From positions 8,811,621-8,875,620 of the forward strand of contig CM119266.1 in the NCBI GenBank assembly GCA_051294375.1: 64,000 nucleotides of DNA, written 5' to 3'. The position numbers were made by a program, and so were the translations under genes. This DNA is from Paraspadella gotoi. Its lineage: Eukaryota; Animalia; Chaetognatha. Below the pieces are notes generated by a model, which was not told where the DNA came from, searched no databases, and saw only the letters and a program-made list of their open reading frames with translations. Below are positions 63,042-64,000 of this stretch, piece by piece; the stretch's first letter is position 1; every line of letters starts with the position of its first letter.

Positions 63042-64000
63042 NNNNNNNNNNNNNNNNNNNNNNNNNNNNNNNNNNNNNNNNNNNNNNNNNNNNNNNNNNN
63101 NNNNNNNNNNNNNNNNNNNNNNNNNNNNNNNNNNNNNNNNNNNNNNNNNNNNNNNNNNNNNNNNNNNNNNNNNNNNNNNNNNNNNNNNNNNNNNNNNNNN
63201 NNNNNNNNNNNNNNNNNNNNNNNNNNNNNNNNNNNNNNNNNNNNNNNNNNNNNNNNNNNNNNNNNNNNNNNNNNNNNNNNNNNNNNNNNNNNNNNNNNNN
63301 NNNNNNNNNNNNNNNNNNNNNNNNNATGCGGGAAAAAAGCTCTTGAGAAAAGGCGACGATTCGCGTAATAAATAATAATAATTTCGCGCGCATGCGCTTG
63401 AACAAACAAATTGGTTTAATTAACATTTTATTAATTATGACGTCCAGGTGTTATCGTAGTTTACCTCTGTTGTGACTTAATACTAACTTTAATACTAACT
63501 TTCAACTCGCTCTCTGAATTAACTTGACAGTTTCGCCCTTAACGTTTTTCTGCCCGCACTTGATCTCTCATGGGAGATATTACGCGGGCCAATTCATTGC
63601 AGTTTAAACTGTNNNNNNNNNNNNNNNNNNNNNNNNNNNNNNNNNNNNNNNNNNNNNNNNNNNNNNNNNNNNNNNNNNNNNNNNNNNNNNNNNNNNNNNN
63701 NNNNNNNNNNNNNNNNNNNNNNNNNNNNNNNNNNNNNNNNNNNNNNNNNNNNNNNNNNNNNNNNNNNNNNNNNNNNNNNNNNNNNNNNNNNNNNNNNNNN
63801 NNNNNNNNNNNNNNNNNNNNNNNNNNNNNNNNNNNNNNNNNNNNNNNNNNNNNNNNNNNNNNNNNNNNNNNNNNCTCTCTCTCTCTTTCTCTCTCTCTTT
63901 CACTCTCTTTCTGTCTCTCTTTCTTTCTCAAAAGTTCCTTATTTTTTAATATATTTTTAGTTACTACAGAAATATTAATGACAGAAAAAGTAAGAAAAGA

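Noticed and set aside
59309-63931. ORFs spanning N-runs
   Set aside because: Artefacts of gaps translated as X.

Overview
This is an AT-rich animal (probably invertebrate) genomic scaffold full of microsatellites, from a draft assembly with N-gaps. Three intron-containing genes can be reconstructed by reading splice sites. (1) A minus-strand gene of about 11 exons (1282-14019) encodes an adaptor with two Disabled (Dab)-type PTB domains in tandem. (2) A complete 5-exon GH29 alpha-L-fucosidase (21564-24039, +, 452 aa) keeps its catalytic residues but has altered fucose-pocket residues. (3) The 3' exons of a type-I-like phosphatidylinositol-phosphate kinase (PIP5K family) lie at 57355-61185 (-) and are broken by gaps. 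Two multi-kb tandem duplications (21401-26017 vs 26029-31870, and 44420-49313 vs 49361-53813) look like uncorrected long-read gap-fill: insertion-rich errors, adapter-like junctions and 25-N gaps. The first one exposes a presence/absence insertion of a TTAA-targeting, Kolobok-like non-autonomous transposon. A family of TIR elements with telomere-like TTAGGG interiors is also present. Nearly all other ORFs in the track are translated microsatellites. I found no prokaryotic features, CRISPR arrays, rRNA or complete tRNA.
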